Source of the DNA: Hyphomicrobiales bacterium
GTDB taxonomy: Bacteria > Pseudomonadota > Alphaproteobacteria > Rhizobiales > JACESI01
DNA length: 64,000 nucleotides
Reading direction: 5' to 3'
Assembly (NCBI GenBank): GCA_013911885.1
Contig: JACESI010000011.1
Coordinates: 11,409-75,408, forward strand
Positions 13,907 through 24,838 of this stretch are shown one piece after another. Positions within the stretch are counted from its first letter, which is position 1; every line of letters begins with the position of its first letter. The notes beneath the pieces were generated by a model. The model had not been told where the DNA came from. It was given only the letters and a program-made list of their open reading frames with translations, and did not search any database. The position numbers and the translations under genes were made by a program.

Positions 13907-14401
13907 TCAGGCCACGGGCATGACCATGCAGGTCGAAGAGCCGCTCGCGAGAAGGCGGCCTTCGCTGTCATAGAGTTTTGCCTCGGAGGCGGCAGAGCGC
14001 CGTCCGCGCGCGATAACGACGCCTTCACAGCGCAAATCCCCGAGTTCGGGCTGAATGGCGCGGTGGTAGACGATCTTGATTTCCATCGTCGTGTAGCCAT
14101 CTCCGGCCTGAAGCGTGGAATGAACGGCACAGCCAAGCGCAGTATCGAGCACGGTTGCCGCATAGCCGCCATGGATCGAGCCAATCGGGTTGAAAAAGCG
14201 CGGTTCCGGCCGGGCGATGAGGGTGATGCGGCCTTCTTCAACGGCGACAAAATCCATCGGCGCGGTGCCTGCAATCGGCGGCGGCGGATATTTTCCTGAA
14301 ATCATTCCTTCAAAAAATGCCAGTCCGGATACAGCGAAAACCTCGGCAGTGGGAACCACGCCTGTCTGCAGGCCAGAGAGTGTTTTCGGAAAATCATTCA
14401 T
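13907..14401 (-). CDS. PaaI/hotdog-fold thioesterase family protein
   Basis: 164 aa. Has the GSIHGGYAATVLDTALGCAV segment typical of PaaI-type thioesterases. Confidence 0.75.
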   Translation of the reverse strand: MNDFPKTLSGLQTGVVPTAEVFAVSGLAFFEGMISGKYPPPPIAGTAPMDFVAVEEGRITLIARPEPRFFNPIGSIHGGYAATVLDTALGCAVHSTLQAGDGYTTMEIKIVYHRAIQPELGDLRCEGVVIARGRRSAASEAKLYDSEGRLLASGSSTCMVMPVA

Positions 14402-14574
14402 GCTTATGCCCTTTCATTCGTGACCATGCCGCCCGCTCATCACCTGTGCCCTAGCATGAAATAGGGCGGGCCTTGACGAATTATCCGACAGGTCTTGTCG
14501 TATTTAGGCAGGACCTCACGATTTCTGATAAATATGGTCCAGACATGTTAGTGCGCAAAGGCGGGATTGGAGAT

Positions 14575-17088
14575 ATGGCAACAGAAGTTCGGGCGGTGGT
14601 GGTTGGTGGCGGAGTGGTGGGTGTCTCGACGCTCTATCATCTCGCGAAAAAGGGTTGGGCCGACTGCATCCTTTTCGAGCGCAAGGAACTTACCTCCGGC
14701 TCGACATGGCACGCGGCTGGTTTGCTGCCGCTTTTCAACATGAGTTATTCCGTTGGCCAGATTCACAAATATTCGGTCAATTTATACAAGGATCTTGAGG
14801 CATTAACAGGCAAGAATACCGGATATGCCGGTGTTTCAAACATTCGCCTTGCCCGTACGAAAGACCGGATGGATGAATATCAGTATTATGCGGGTATAGC
14901 GGAGACGATCGGCGTCAAGGTGGATTTCCTGACACCCGCAGAACTGAAGGAAATCTGGCCTCTGTGCGAGACCGACGGCCTTCTGGGCGCGATCCGGCAC
15001 AAGGAGGATGGCTATATCCAGCCCGCTGATCTCACTCAGGCCCTTGCCAAGGGCGCGCGCGATCTCGGCGCTGCCATCCACCGCAACACCGCTGTCAGCA
15101 CAATCACACAGGCGGCCGACGGGCGCTGGCTCGTTGCGACCGGCAAGGGCGATTTTCTTGCAGAACATGTCGTCTCCTGCACAGGTAGTTTTGTCCGCCA
15201 GACCGGTCGAATGGTCGGACTCAACGTGCCGGTCATCCCGGTAGAACATCAATATATCGTGACCGAGCCCCACCCCGCCCTCAAGGCGCGCCATGCGGCC
15301 GGCTTGCCGGAAATGGGGGTTCTGCGTGAAAGCGATTCGGCCTGGTATATGCGTGAAGAGGCAGGCGGCTTCATTCTCGGGCCTTATGAGAAGGGCGCGC
15401 CTTGCTGCTATTTGGACAGTCCGGATGCAGATTCCGAATATGAGTTGTTTCAGGAAGACCTCGAACGCCTTGAGCCGCATATCGAGGCGGCAATCGCGCG
15501 GGTGCCGGCCTTTGGCGAAGTCGGGATCAAGAAGGTCTATAACGGCGCGATCTGCTACACGCCGGACAGTTCGCCGATGATCGGACCGGCATGGAATCTC
15601 AAGAATTTCTGGCTCAATGAAGGCCATGCCTTCGGTATCACCGCAGCAGGTGGCGCGGGCTGGCAACTGGCGGAATGGATTGTGGATGGAGAGCCGACCA
15701 TCGACATGATGGACGTCGATCCGCGCCGCTTCGGCCCCGATCTTACCGAGGCTTATGTGCGTGAGAAAAACGAAGAGGCATATGCGAATCAATTCACCAT
15801 CCATTATCCCGATGAGGTGCGCCCCGCTGGACGCCCGCTGAAAACCGCCCCCTGCTATAGCCGGATGAAGGCGCTCGGTGCGGTCTTCGGTGCTGTCAAT
15901 CAGTGGGAACGGCCAAACTGGTTTATGCCGAGCGCCGACTATGCGCTCACGGAGGAAGACCTTTCAAAGGACGATACGCTGACCAGCGAGAACCACGCCC
16001 CCGCTCTCGAGGATGGCCGCATTGTTGAGAAATGGTCGTTCCGGCGCTCGAATTATTTCGAGCATGTCGGCCATGAGGTGAAGAATGTCACCAGCAATGT
16101 CGGCCTTCTCGATATGTCCTCTTTTGCGAAAATGCTGGTCACTGGTCCCGGCGCGCGCGACTGGCTTGAGAGCATCCTCGCCAACAGCCTGCCGAAGAAG
16201 CAGGGCAGCATTGCGCTCTGCCATCTTCTTACAGCGCGCGGCGGCGTCCGCTCGGAATTCACGGTCTATGAGCGCGAAGCGGGTGTCTTTTACCTCGTCT
16301 CCGCCGGCGCCTTCGAACTGCATGATCACGACACGCTGCGCAAACTCCTGCCCTCCGACGGGTCGGTCACGCTTCAACCGGTTACCGAACAATTCGGCGT
16401 TCTGGTGCTCGCCGGACCGAAAGCGCGCACGCTGCTTGCGAAAGTTACTCATGCCGATGTCTCGAACACGGCCTTTCCATGGCTTTCCGGCAAGAGGATC
16501 AATATCGGCCGTGCCGGGTGTCATGCGATCCGGGTCAATTTCGTGGGCGAACTCGGCTATGAACTCCACCATCCGATCAACCAGCAGAACCTGATTTTCG
16601 ACACGCTGATGGAAGAAGGCGTGGAATTCGGCATCAAGCCCTTCGGTATCCGCGCGATGGATTCGATGCGGCTTGAAAAATCCTACCGCCTGATCCCGCG
16701 CGAACTGTCGATCGAATATTCGGCTTATGAAAGCGGGCTTGATCGTTTCATCAAACCGCAAAAACACTTCATCGGTCGTGATGCGCTGATGGCATCGGAA
16801 GAGCGTGGCCGCAACTGGCGTTTCGTCACCCTCGAAGTGCACGGCGTTCACGATGCGGATGCCCGCGGATCGGAGACAATTTACAAGGACGGTGAGTGCG
16901 TTGGTCGCGCGACCTCCGGCGGTTATGGCTGGCGCCTCGGCAAATCCCTGGCTCTTGCCATGGTGAAGCCGGAACTGGGAGAGATCGGGACCGAAGTCGA
17001 GATCCGGATCCTTGGCAAACGCTTCCGGGCAACCGTGATCGAAGAAAGCCCGTTCGACCCGCAAAACGAACGTTTACGCGCCAGCTAG
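14575..17088 (+). CDS. FAD-dependent dimethylglycine/sarcosine-dehydrogenase-type enzyme (DAO domain fused to GcvT aminomethyltransferase domain)
   Basis: Start trimmed to ATG 14575, preceded by GGATTGGAG. The dinucleotide fold VVVGGGVVGVST lies at the N-terminus. About 837 aa, with a C-terminal folate-binding GcvT-like half (GELGYELH..., GYGWRLGKSLALAMV). Confidence 0.85.
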   Translation: MATEVRAVVVGGGVVGVSTLYHLAKKGWADCILFERKELTSGSTWHAAGLLPLFNMSYSVGQIHKYSVNLYKDLEALTGKNTGYAGVSNIRLARTKDRMDEYQYYAGIAETIGVKVDFLTPAELKEIWPLCETDGLLGAIRHKEDGYIQPADLTQALAKGARDLGAAIHRNTAVSTITQAADGRWLVATGKGDFLAEHVVSCTGSFVRQTGRMVGLNVPVIPVEHQYIVTEPHPALKARHAAGLPEMGVLRESDSAWYMREEAGGFILGPYEKGAPCCYLDSPDADSEYELFQEDLERLEPHIEAAIARVPAFGEVGIKKVYNGAICYTPDSSPMIGPAWNLKNFWLNEGHAFGITAAGGAGWQLAEWIVDGEPTIDMMDVDPRRFGPDLTEAYVREKNEEAYANQFTIHYPDEVRPAGRPLKTAPCYSRMKALGAVFGAVNQWERPNWFMPSADYALTEEDLSKDDTLTSENHAPALEDGRIVEKWSFRRSNYFEHVGHEVKNVTSNVGLLDMSSFAKMLVTGPGARDWLESILANSLPKKQGSIALCHLLTARGGVRSEFTVYEREAGVFYLVSAGAFELHDHDTLRKLLPSDGSVTLQPVTEQFGVLVLAGPKARTLLAKVTHADVSNTAFPWLSGKRINIGRAGCHAIRVNFVGELGYELHHPINQQNLIFDTLMEEGVEFGIKPFGIRAMDSMRLEKSYRLIPRELSIEYSAYESGLDRFIKPQKHFIGRDALMASEERGRNWRFVTLEVHGVHDADARGSETIYKDGECVGRATSGGYGWRLGKSLALAMVKPELGEIGTEVEIRILGKRFRATVIEESPFDPQNERLRAS

Positions 17089-17121
17089 CCGTTTTTTCGC
17101 CTATCAGATCAAGACCAAGCC

Positions 17122-17150
17122 ATGCCGGGAAACAGTTGTCGTCCCGGCAT
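17122..17150 (+). terminator. Hairpin downstream of the dehydrogenase gene (possible terminator)
   Basis: ATGCCGGGA (17122-17130) pairs with TCCCGGCAT (17142-17150). The following tract (tgcagtttgc) is only weakly T-rich. Confidence 0.4.
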
Positions 17151-17370
17151 TGCAGTTTGCTGATGCAAATCTTGCCCGGTGAAAAGGGGCCTTTGAAAAA
17201 TATTCCTTGGTTAAAATCAAGTTAGAGTTGAGAAATAAAGACTTATTTTCAGCGCATACCGGCGTGCTGGAATAACGGAAATCAAGTTTATGAGGTTCAG
17301 GTGCCCGCGGCTATTGCCTCTCGACCACGCGTGTGGCAAAGGTCGGAACAAAGCTAAGTTGGGGAGCAGC

Positions 17371-18222
17371 ATGAAAGTTACCGGGCTTCATACCTATCCG
17401 GTGAAAAGTTTGGGTGGATTGGATCACGCAAGCGTCGAACTGGAAATGCGCGGCCTCGGTTGTGACCGGCGCTATATGCTGGTCGATGAGGATAACGCCT
17501 TTCTGACACAGCGGGAATTGCCGCTCCTTGCGACCTTTCGTGTCGAACATCGCGACGAGCGTTTTGTCATTCATCTGCCGGATGGCGGGGAAGTGAAGTT
17601 GCGGGCATCGGATGACAGCGATACGCGCAGCCATGTTGTGGTCTGGAATGATATCGTCTCCGCCGCGACCGTGGAGGCGGATATCAGCGCGAAATTAAGC
17701 GCCAGCCTCGGTCGTGCGGTTCGCCTTGTCTACATGGATGATAACGCCCGGCGCATTGCAGACCAGGTTTTCACGGTCGATCCGACACCGGTGAGCTTTG
17801 CCGACGGTTTCCCTGTTCTGCTGACGAGTGAGGCATCCCTTGCAGCCCTCAACCATCAAATCCAGAAAAATGGTTCCAATCCGGTGCCGATGGACCGTTT
17901 TCGCGCGAACATTGTCATCGACGGTATCCATGCTTTTGACGAGGACACGTTTCTGACCATGAAAATCGGCGCTTTGACGTTTGATGTCGTGAAACCGTGC
18001 CCGCGCTGTGTCGTGCCGACACGGGATCAGAAAACGGGGCTCGGCGCGGACGATAACGAGCCGATCCGCGCCCTGACGCAGATCCGGCGGTCGCTTGAAA
18101 AAGATCTGCCGGGCGTCTTTTTCGGGGTCAATCTTGTTCCGAAGGCGGTCGGGCGGCTGTCGCTTGGGGACCCGGTTGAAATTGTCGCGCGGCGCGCCGT
18201 TCCCTGGGCCGTCCGCAGCTAG
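17371..18222 (+). CDS. MOSC domain-containing protein (with N-terminal beta-barrel domain)
   Basis: Start trimmed to ATG 17371 (MKVTGLHTYPVKSLGG...), the characteristic MOSC_N opening. Conserved C-terminal Cys context VVKPCPRCVVPTRDQ. Confidence 0.85.
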   Translation: MKVTGLHTYPVKSLGGLDHASVELEMRGLGCDRRYMLVDEDNAFLTQRELPLLATFRVEHRDERFVIHLPDGGEVKLRASDDSDTRSHVVVWNDIVSAATVEADISAKLSASLGRAVRLVYMDDNARRIADQVFTVDPTPVSFADGFPVLLTSEASLAALNHQIQKNGSNPVPMDRFRANIVIDGIHAFDEDTFLTMKIGALTFDVVKPCPRCVVPTRDQKTGLGADDNEPIRALTQIRRSLEKDLPGVFFGVNLVPKAVGRLSLGDPVEIVARRAVPWAVRS

Positions 18223-18224
18223 AT

Positions 18225-18965
18225 TCAGGTCTGTCTGACGCTGATCTGATGAATGAAATAGGACACATTGCCCGCGAGGATCGACGCCGGATCCTCGCCT
18301 CTCATGCAGGTTCCGATGAGGGGGACGAGGATTTCGCGTTTGCGCAATTCGCGGGCAACGCGGTGGTCGATTTCCGGAAAGACATAGTGGCGTGCATTGT
18401 GAAAAATGGGAAAGCGTTCCCAGTGATATTGGTCTTCGCCGCGTGAGCCGTTGAATGTATAGTAGTTGCAGTTCGGATTGAACTGGTTCTCGAGAGACGG
18501 GATTTTGAAGTTCTTGATATTCGAAACGAAGGCTTCATAGCGATGCTCACGCGGCATCACCACCGGATCGACACTGAATTGCGGGCAGAACGCCATGCAT
18601 AGCGAAGCATTGAGATAATTGCTTGCGACAATCGCATTGAAACCGCCCATGCTGACGCCAAGAAGCGTGATGTTCAGGCCTTCCGTTACCGGCCGAACGA
18701 TGTCGGCAATATGGTCGAAATCAATGTGATTGCCCCAGCTCACGGTCTTGTCGGAGACGTAGATGGCACTGCACGCGAGAAGACGCGCCGTCTTGACAAA
18801 TTGCGTCTTTCGCCGCCGTTCCTGATCGAGTGCCTCGCCGACATGGCCCATTTCAAGCCCGGCATCTGTGAAGCAGACAAGGACATGCTCCGTCGAGCCG
18901 CGATCGACAAACGAGACTCGTAATTGCGGGTCTTCGAAAAGAACCCTCGTTTTTTCGTTCGTCAA
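18225..18965 (-). CDS. Hypothetical protein, possible alpha/beta-hydrolase fold
   Basis: 246-aa ORF whose ATG overlaps the upstream regulator's stop (ATGA). Nucleophile-elbow-like motif GVSMGG. I recognise no other family signature. Confidence 0.5.
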   Translation of the reverse strand: MTNEKTRVLFEDPQLRVSFVDRGSTEHVLVCFTDAGLEMGHVGEALDQERRRKTQFVKTARLLACSAIYVSDKTVSWGNHIDFDHIADIVRPVTEGLNITLLGVSMGGFNAIVASNYLNASLCMAFCPQFSVDPVVMPREHRYEAFVSNIKNFKIPSLENQFNPNCNYYTFNGSRGEDQYHWERFPIFHNARHYVFPEIDHRVARELRKREILVPLIGTCMRGEDPASILAGNVSYFIHQISVRQT

Positions 18966-20077
18966 ATGACCAATATCTCTCTTTGTTGCCGTTCCTGCTG
19001 TGGCGAACGACTATATAGTTCACGGTAGCATTTTGAGAAATGCGACGCGGAAACAAATCCGCAGGCAACGCCGACTTCGACAATCTGGATTTCCGATTGA
19101 AGCAGCAGATGCCGGGCCCGGTCGAGCCGCAGCTCCAGGTAATAGCGCGCCGGCGAGCGACCGAGATTGCGCAGAAAAAGACGCTCGATCTGACGCCGCG
19201 AAAGCCCGACATATCCGGCAATTTCAAGAAGCGAGAGCGGTTCGGAGAGGTTCGCCTCCATCAGCTCGATGATTGTCAGGAGTTTTGAATTTTGAACCCC
19301 GAGCCGGGCGCGCAGCGGAAGACGCTGCCGGTCGCCGGGGTTGCGCACCCGATCGGTGAGGCAGAGTTCACACACCCGATTGACGACATTGGCATCATGC
19401 TCCTGATCGATCAGATGAAGCACGAGATCGAGCGCAGCAGTGCCGCCCGCGCATGTGTAGATATTGCCGTCAAATTCAAAAAGATCAGCATAAACATTAA
19501 CTTGCGGAAAACGCTCGGCAAAGCCAGGCAGCGATTCCCAATGGATCGCGCAGCGCTTGTCATCAAGCAGCCCTGCGTCGGCCAGGATCCACGCACCGGT
19601 GCAAAGCCCGGCAAGGGCGACATCGCGCCCCAGCGACGCCTTGAGCCAGCCATAAAGATGGCGGTTGCGATAGGTCTCGACGCCAAGACCCGAACAGACG
19701 AAAATCATATCCGGGCGCTCGCCAATGTGAATCCGGCCGCGCTCTTCTGCAAGCGACCCATCGACCGAGCAGGCGATATTGTTGCTTGCACTCACCGGTT
19801 CGCCATTCTCCGAGATCAGCCGCCAGCTATAGACCTCGCGGCCATAGTGCCGGTTGGTCAGCCGCAACGGCTCGAGTGCTGTCGCAAAGGCGATCATCGA
19901 AAAATTGGGAACAAGAAAAAAGACAAAATGCTTTTTGCGGCGTGCGCCGCTCGCCTTCAGGGGCCGTGACAGGGCATCCAATTGCAATAATCCCGGATCG
20001 TGAACAATGGACAGGAAGAAAACAAAGCCTATCCGTGGGGCCGGCGCAAGCCCTATCGCATCTGGGCCTTCTTGCAA
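18962..20077 (-). CDS. GlxA-family (DJ-1/PfpI domain + AraC HTH) transcriptional regulator, GbdR-like
   Basis: N-terminal amidotransferase-like domain (FVFFLVPNFSMIAFATALEPLR). C-terminal AraC HTH (LSRRQIERLF..., CGFVSASHFSKCYRELY). Divergent from soxB. Exact start is uncertain. Confidence 0.85.
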   Translation of the reverse strand: MQEGPDAIGLAPAPRIGFVFFLSIVHDPGLLQLDALSRPLKASGARRKKHFVFFLVPNFSMIAFATALEPLRLTNRHYGREVYSWRLISENGEPVSASNNIACSVDGSLAEERGRIHIGERPDMIFVCSGLGVETYRNRHLYGWLKASLGRDVALAGLCTGAWILADAGLLDDKRCAIHWESLPGFAERFPQVNVYADLFEFDGNIYTCAGGTAALDLVLHLIDQEHDANVVNRVCELCLTDRVRNPGDRQRLPLRARLGVQNSKLLTIIELMEANLSEPLSLLEIAGYVGLSRRQIERLFLRNLGRSPARYYLELRLDRARHLLLQSEIQIVEVGVACGFVSASHFSKCYRELYSRSPQQERQQREILVI

Positions 20078-20192
20078 GTGCTGTTTCAGCTACGACGCCC
20101 GCGAACCGGAAGATGTCGCATGACCGCTTGCGGGAAACCGCTTAGTGTTTAGAGTCTGGAAGTCGATTTTCACAAAGCCGGGATTTTTGCCG

Positions 20193-21446
20193 ATGCGCCG
20201 CTATTCGCTCGCCGCACTGTTGGGTCAGGGCCTGAAGGGTCATGAGGACTGGGAGCCTGCATGGCGTGAAACCTCCATGCCGAAACCTGCCTATGACGCG
20301 GTTATCATCGGCGGCGGTGGCCATGGGCTGGCGACCGCTTATTACATGGCCAAGGAACACGGCATGACGAATATTGCCGTCATCGAAAAAGGCTGGATCG
20401 GCGGCGGCAATTCGGGTCGCAATACCACGATCATCCGCTCCAATTATCTCTATGACGAGAGTGCCGCAATCTATAATCACGCGCTTGATCTCTGGAAAAC
20501 ACTGGGCCGTGAGCTGAATTTCAACATCATGATGAGCCATCGCGGTGTCCTCAACCTTGCCCATGACGAGGGCGAGGCGCGTTCGATCAGGCGCCGCGTG
20601 GAGGCCAACCGCCTGAACGGCGTCGAGGGCGAATGGCTCGATGCCAGACAGGTTAAGGAATTCTGCCCGATTGCCAATATCGACCGCAATGTGCGCTATC
20701 CGATCCTTGGCGCTTCCCTGCAACGCACCGGCGGCGTCAACCGCCATGATGCCGTCTGCTGGGCCTTCGCCCGTGCCGCATCCGGCATGGGGGTCGATAT
20801 CATCCAGCAATGCGAGGTGACTGGCCTCAAGATCGAGGCGGGTGTCATCACCGGACTTTCAACAACGAGGGGCGATATCCGCACGCCGAAGGTGGGCAGC
20901 GTGGCGGCCGGGCACACCAGCGTCATCGCGGCCATGGCGAACTTGCGCCTGCCGATCGAATCGCACCCGCTTCAGGCGCTGGTCTCCGAGCCGATCAAAC
21001 CGATCATGCCCTGCGTTTTGATGTCGAACGCGGTCCATGTCTATGTCTCGCAGTCGGATAAGGGCGAACTCGTGATCGGGGCAGGCATCGACCATCACTT
21101 GTCCTACACACAGCGCGGTTCCTTCAATATCATCGAAGAGCAGATGGCGGCGATGATGGAAATATTCCCGATTTTCTCGCGCCTGAAGATGCTTCGCCAA
21201 TGGGGCGGGATTGTCGATGTCTGCCCGGATGCGAGCCCGATCATTACGAAGACGCCGGTCAAGGGCTTTTTCATCAATGCAGGATGGGGCACCGGGGGCT
21301 GGAAGGCGACACCCGGCTCCGGTCATGTCTTCGCCGATCTCGTCGCAAAGGGCGAACCCGGCCCGATTGCTTCTCCCTTTTCCATGGATCGTTTCATTAC
21401 CGGCAAGCTTGTCGCCGAGCACGGCGCCGCCGCCGTGGCGCATTAG
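20193..21446 (+). CDS. soxB: Heterotetrameric sarcosine oxidase, beta subunit
   Basis: Start trimmed to ATG 20193 ([10 protein letters not shown]...). FAD fold [15 protein letters not shown]. About 417 aa and first gene of the soxBDAG order. Confidence 0.95.
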   Translation: MRRYSLAALLGQGLKGHEDWEPAWRETSMPKPAYDAVIIGGGGHGLATAYYMAKEHGMTNIAVIEKGWIGGGNSGRNTTIIRSNYLYDESAAIYNHALDLWKTLGRELNFNIMMSHRGVLNLAHDEGEARSIRRRVEANRLNGVEGEWLDARQVKEFCPIANIDRNVRYPILGASLQRTGGVNRHDAVCWAFARAASGMGVDIIQQCEVTGLKIEAGVITGLSTTRGDIRTPKVGSVAAGHTSVIAAMANLRLPIESHPLQALVSEPIKPIMPCVLMSNAVHVYVSQSDKGELVIGAGIDHHLSYTQRGSFNIIEEQMAAMMEIFPIFSRLKMLRQWGGIVDVCPDASPIITKTPVKGFFINAGWGTGGWKATPGSGHVFADLVAKGEPGPIASPFSMDRFITGKLVAEHGAAAVAH

Positions 21447-21455
21447 AGGTCAACC

Positions 21456-21833
21456 ATGTTCATCATCACCTGTCCCTATTGCGGTGCGCGCGATCAATCG
21501 GAATTCAGCAATGGCGGCGAGGCGCATATTGCCCGCCCCGAATGGCGCGATGCGATGACCGATGCCGAATGGGCGGATTTCGTTTTCATGCGCACGAACC
21601 GCAAGGGCGTCATCGCGGAGCGCTGGAACCATGCTGCCGGCTGCGGCAAATGGTTCAATGGTCTCAGGAACACGGCTACCGACCGGATCCTGGGCTTTTA
21701 CGAAATCGGCGCGAAGCCGCCGGAAATTGTCGATCAAACCCTGCCAACCCCGTCGGGCGAAATCACCGGGTCGGGCAATGATGCCGTGAAACTGATCGCG
21801 CACGATCGTGCCGCGCAGGGGGACAGACAATGA
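21456..21833 (+). CDS. soxD: Sarcosine oxidase, delta subunit
   Basis: MFIITCPYCGARDQSEFSNGGEAH... is the typical SoxD Zn-ribbon opening. Lies between soxB and soxA, with an ATGA overlap to soxA. Confidence 0.9.
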   Translation: MFIITCPYCGARDQSEFSNGGEAHIARPEWRDAMTDAEWADFVFMRTNRKGVIAERWNHAAGCGKWFNGLRNTATDRILGFYEIGAKPPEIVDQTLPTPSGEITGSGNDAVKLIAHDRAAQGDRQ

Positions 21834-24800
21834 GCACCTATCGACTTGACAAGGGCGGCCTGATCGACCGCACACAGCCTGTTCGCTTCTCGTTCGATGG
21901 GCGCAGCCAGCTCGGCTTCAAGGGCGATACCCTTGCCTCCGCGCTGATTGCAAACGGTCAGCACATGGTCGCGCGCTCGTTCAAATATCATCGCCCGCGC
22001 GGCATTCTGAGCGCCGGGCCCGAAGAACCGGCGGCCATCGTCCAGATTGGCGACGATCCTGCCCGCACCGACCCGAATATCCGGGTCACCGAGCAGGAGA
22101 TCTATGCCGGGCTTTCCGCCCGCTCGCAAAATGCCTGGCCCTCGCTCGAATTCGATATCGGTCGGGTGAATGATCTCGCCTGGCGCTTTCTGCCCGCCGG
22201 CTTCTATTACAAGACCTTCATGGGACCGCCCTTCGGCTGGATGAATTTCGAACCCTTCATCCGCGCAGCAGCAGGGCTCGGCAAGGCCCCGAGCGCGCCC
22301 GATCCGGACCGTTATGAGGTCACCAACCGCCATTGCGATGTGCTGATCATCGGTGCCGGTCCCGCGGGCCTGCGTGCCGCCGATGCGGCAAGTGCAGCCG
22401 GTGCCCGCGTTATCCTTTGCGATGAGGGCGCGATGCTGGGTGGGCAACTCCTGAGCGAAAGCGCCCTGACCACACTGAATGACGGCACGGCGCTCGATTT
22501 TGTCACGGAAACGGCAGCGACAATCGGCGCGCGAGACACTGTCACCGTTCTGACGCGGACCACCGCCTTTGGCTATTACGGCGAGAATTTCATCGGCCTC
22601 TGGGAGCGCGTGAGTGATCACCTCGCCCCATCCGAACGAGCGGCACGCGCGCCGCGCGAACGGGTCTGGCGGGTCAGGGCGCGTGAAGTGGTTCTTGCGA
22701 CCGGGGCGATCGAGCGCCCGATTGTTTTCCATGAAAACGACCGTCCCGGCATCATGCTCGCAAGCGCGGCACAGACCTATGCCATACGTTACGGTGTTCT
22801 GCCGGGGCGCACCATCTTGACCTTTGCAAACAACGATGCCGCCTGGATGAATGCCTTTGTGCTTCAGGATTCGGGTGCCCGCATCGCCGGGATCGCCGAT
22901 GCGCGCCCTTCGGTTGACGATGCGCTTCTTTCGCAAGCGGCGGCACGCGCAATCCCGGTGATGCAGCGTTCGGCTATTGTCGGCACCAGCGGCCAGGCAC
23001 GGGTGAAACAGGCGCTTGTGCGCAGCCTCGACAGCGCGTTGCAGCCGACCGGCGCGGTCCGGCCCGTTGATTGCGATCTCATCCTGGTTTCCGGGGGCTA
23101 CAACCCGAATGTGGCGCTGTTTTCACAATCCCGCGGACGGCTTGCCTATGATGCGGGTCTTGCCGCTTTCCGCCCGGCGGAATCCTTTCAGCGGGAGCGC
23201 TCCGCGGGCAGCTGCAACGGTGCTTTTTCCCTCGCCGATTGCCTTGCCGAGGGCGAGGCGGCAGGACGTGCGGCGGCTGAGGCCTGTGGTTTCAGCACAA
23301 AGGCGCTTGCCCCGCTTGCGCTTCCCATCCGCGAGCGCACCGCATCGAAAACCTATCCGCTCTGGGAGGTCCCGTCCGGCGGCAAGATCAGTCGCGCCTG
23401 GGTGGACCTTCAAAACGACGTCACCGCCAAGGATCTGAAACTCGCGGTGCAGGAAGGCTACACCTCGGTCGAACACGCCAAGCGCTATACCACGACGGGA
23501 ATGGGCACGGATCAGGGCAAGGTTGTCGGCATCAATGCTTTCGGAATTCTGGCCCAGACCATGGGCAAATCCATCCCGGAAGTGGGCGTCACGACCTATC
23601 GCCAGCCCTATAAGCCGGTGACCTTCGGCGCACTCGCGGGCCAGCATGTCGGGCCGCTGTTCCATCCCCGCCGCGGCACGCCGATGCATGAATGGCACCG
23701 GGAAAAGGGCGCGCATTTCGAGACCGTCGGCGAATGGCTGCGCGCCTGGGTCTATCCGAAGCCGGGTGAATCCTGGCAGCGTGCCGTCCAGCGCGAGGCG
23801 AAGGCCGCGCGAACCGGCATTGGTATTCTCGATGCGTCAACGCTTGGAAAGATCGACATTCGGGGGTCAGATGCGCGCGAATTCCTCAACCGGGTCTATA
23901 CCAATTCCTGGACAGGCCTCGCGCCCGGTCGCAGCCGGTACGGTCTGATGCTGAACGAAGACGGGATGGTGATCGATGATGGCGTGACAACCTGCCTTGC
24001 CGATGATCATTTCCATATGACGACGACGACCGGCGGTGCTGCGGCGGTGCTTTCTCATCTTGAGGATTATCTTCAGACAGAATGGACGGCGCTCGATGTT
24101 ACCTGCGTTTCCGTGACCGAGGAATGGGCGGTTGCCTCGATCTGCGGGCCGCACAGCCCGAAGCTGATTGCGGATCTGTTCGGCGAAGGCTTCGACCCGG
24201 AAACCATGCCCTTCATGTCGATGAAGGAGACCACGCTTGCCGGTATCCCGGTGCGTCTGTTCCGCATCTCGTTCACCGGTGAAATCTCCTACGAGATCAA
24301 CATTCCCGCCGATTATGGCCGCTGGCTCTGGGAGGTGCTGATGGAGGCGGGGGCGCCCTATGCGATTGCGCCCTATGGAACAGAGACCATGCATCTTCTG
24401 CGCGCGGAAAAAGGCTTCATCATCGTTGGTCAGGAAACCGACCGTACGGTAACGCCATATGATCTGCGCATGGACTGGATCGTGAGCCGGAAAAAGGGCG
24501 ATTTCATCGGCAAGCGCTCGCTTTTCCGCTCGGACACGATGCGTGAAGACAGGCGCCAGCTTGTCGGACTTCTGACAGAGGACGGGTCGGTTGTCGCCGA
24601 AGAGGGGGCACAGATCATCGCGACCGAGGCGGAACCCGCGCCGCCGGTGCCGATGATCGGCCATATCACCTCAAGCTATTACAGCCCGAACCTCAACCGG
24701 TCCATTGCCCTTGCCCTCGTGAAGGGCGGCGGCAAGCGTATGGGCGAGACGGTCTACATCACCCGCCGCGGTGCGGGTGCTCCGATCAAGGCAATTGTCG

Positions 24801-24838
24801 CGGAAGTCGATTTCATGGCGAAGAAAGAGGCAGAATGA
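21830..24838 (+). CDS. soxA: Sarcosine oxidase, alpha subunit
   Basis: 1002 aa. Dinucleotide fold DVLIIGAGPAGL and a C-terminal GcvT-like folate domain. Confidence 0.95.
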   Translation: MSTYRLDKGGLIDRTQPVRFSFDGRSQLGFKGDTLASALIANGQHMVARSFKYHRPRGILSAGPEEPAAIVQIGDDPARTDPNIRVTEQEIYAGLSARSQNAWPSLEFDIGRVNDLAWRFLPAGFYYKTFMGPPFGWMNFEPFIRAAAGLGKAPSAPDPDRYEVTNRHCDVLIIGAGPAGLRAADAASAAGARVILCDEGAMLGGQLLSESALTTLNDGTALDFVTETAATIGARDTVTVLTRTTAFGYYGENFIGLWERVSDHLAPSERAARAPRERVWRVRAREVVLATGAIERPIVFHENDRPGIMLASAAQTYAIRYGVLPGRTILTFANNDAAWMNAFVLQDSGARIAGIADARPSVDDALLSQAAARAIPVMQRSAIVGTSGQARVKQALVRSLDSALQPTGAVRPVDCDLILVSGGYNPNVALFSQSRGRLAYDAGLAAFRPAESFQRERSAGSCNGAFSLADCLAEGEAAGRAAAEACGFSTKALAPLALPIRERTASKTYPLWEVPSGGKISRAWVDLQNDVTAKDLKLAVQEGYTSVEHAKRYTTTGMGTDQGKVVGINAFGILAQTMGKSIPEVGVTTYRQPYKPVTFGALAGQHVGPLFHPRRGTPMHEWHREKGAHFETVGEWLRAWVYPKPGESWQRAVQREAKAARTGIGILDASTLGKIDIRGSDAREFLNRVYTNSWTGLAPGRSRYGLMLNEDGMVIDDGVTTCLADDHFHMTTTTGGAAAVLSHLEDYLQTEWTALDVTCVSVTEEWAVASICGPHSPKLIADLFGEGFDPETMPFMSMKETTLAGIPVRLFRISFTGEISYEINIPADYGRWLWEVLMEAGAPYAIAPYGTETMHLLRAEKGFIIVGQETDRTVTPYDLRMDWIVSRKKGDFIGKRSLFRSDTMREDRRQLVGLLTEDGSVVAEEGAQIIATEAEPAPPVPMIGHITSSYYSPNLNRSIALALVKGGGKRMGETVYITRRGAGAPIKAIVAEVDFMAKKEAE

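Noticed and set aside
12910-14274. 454-aa minus-strand ORF antisense to folD
   Set aside because: Arg/Ala/Pro-rich low-complexity translation typical of GC-rich shadow frames. It fully overlaps two well-supported genes (folD and the PaaI thioesterase).
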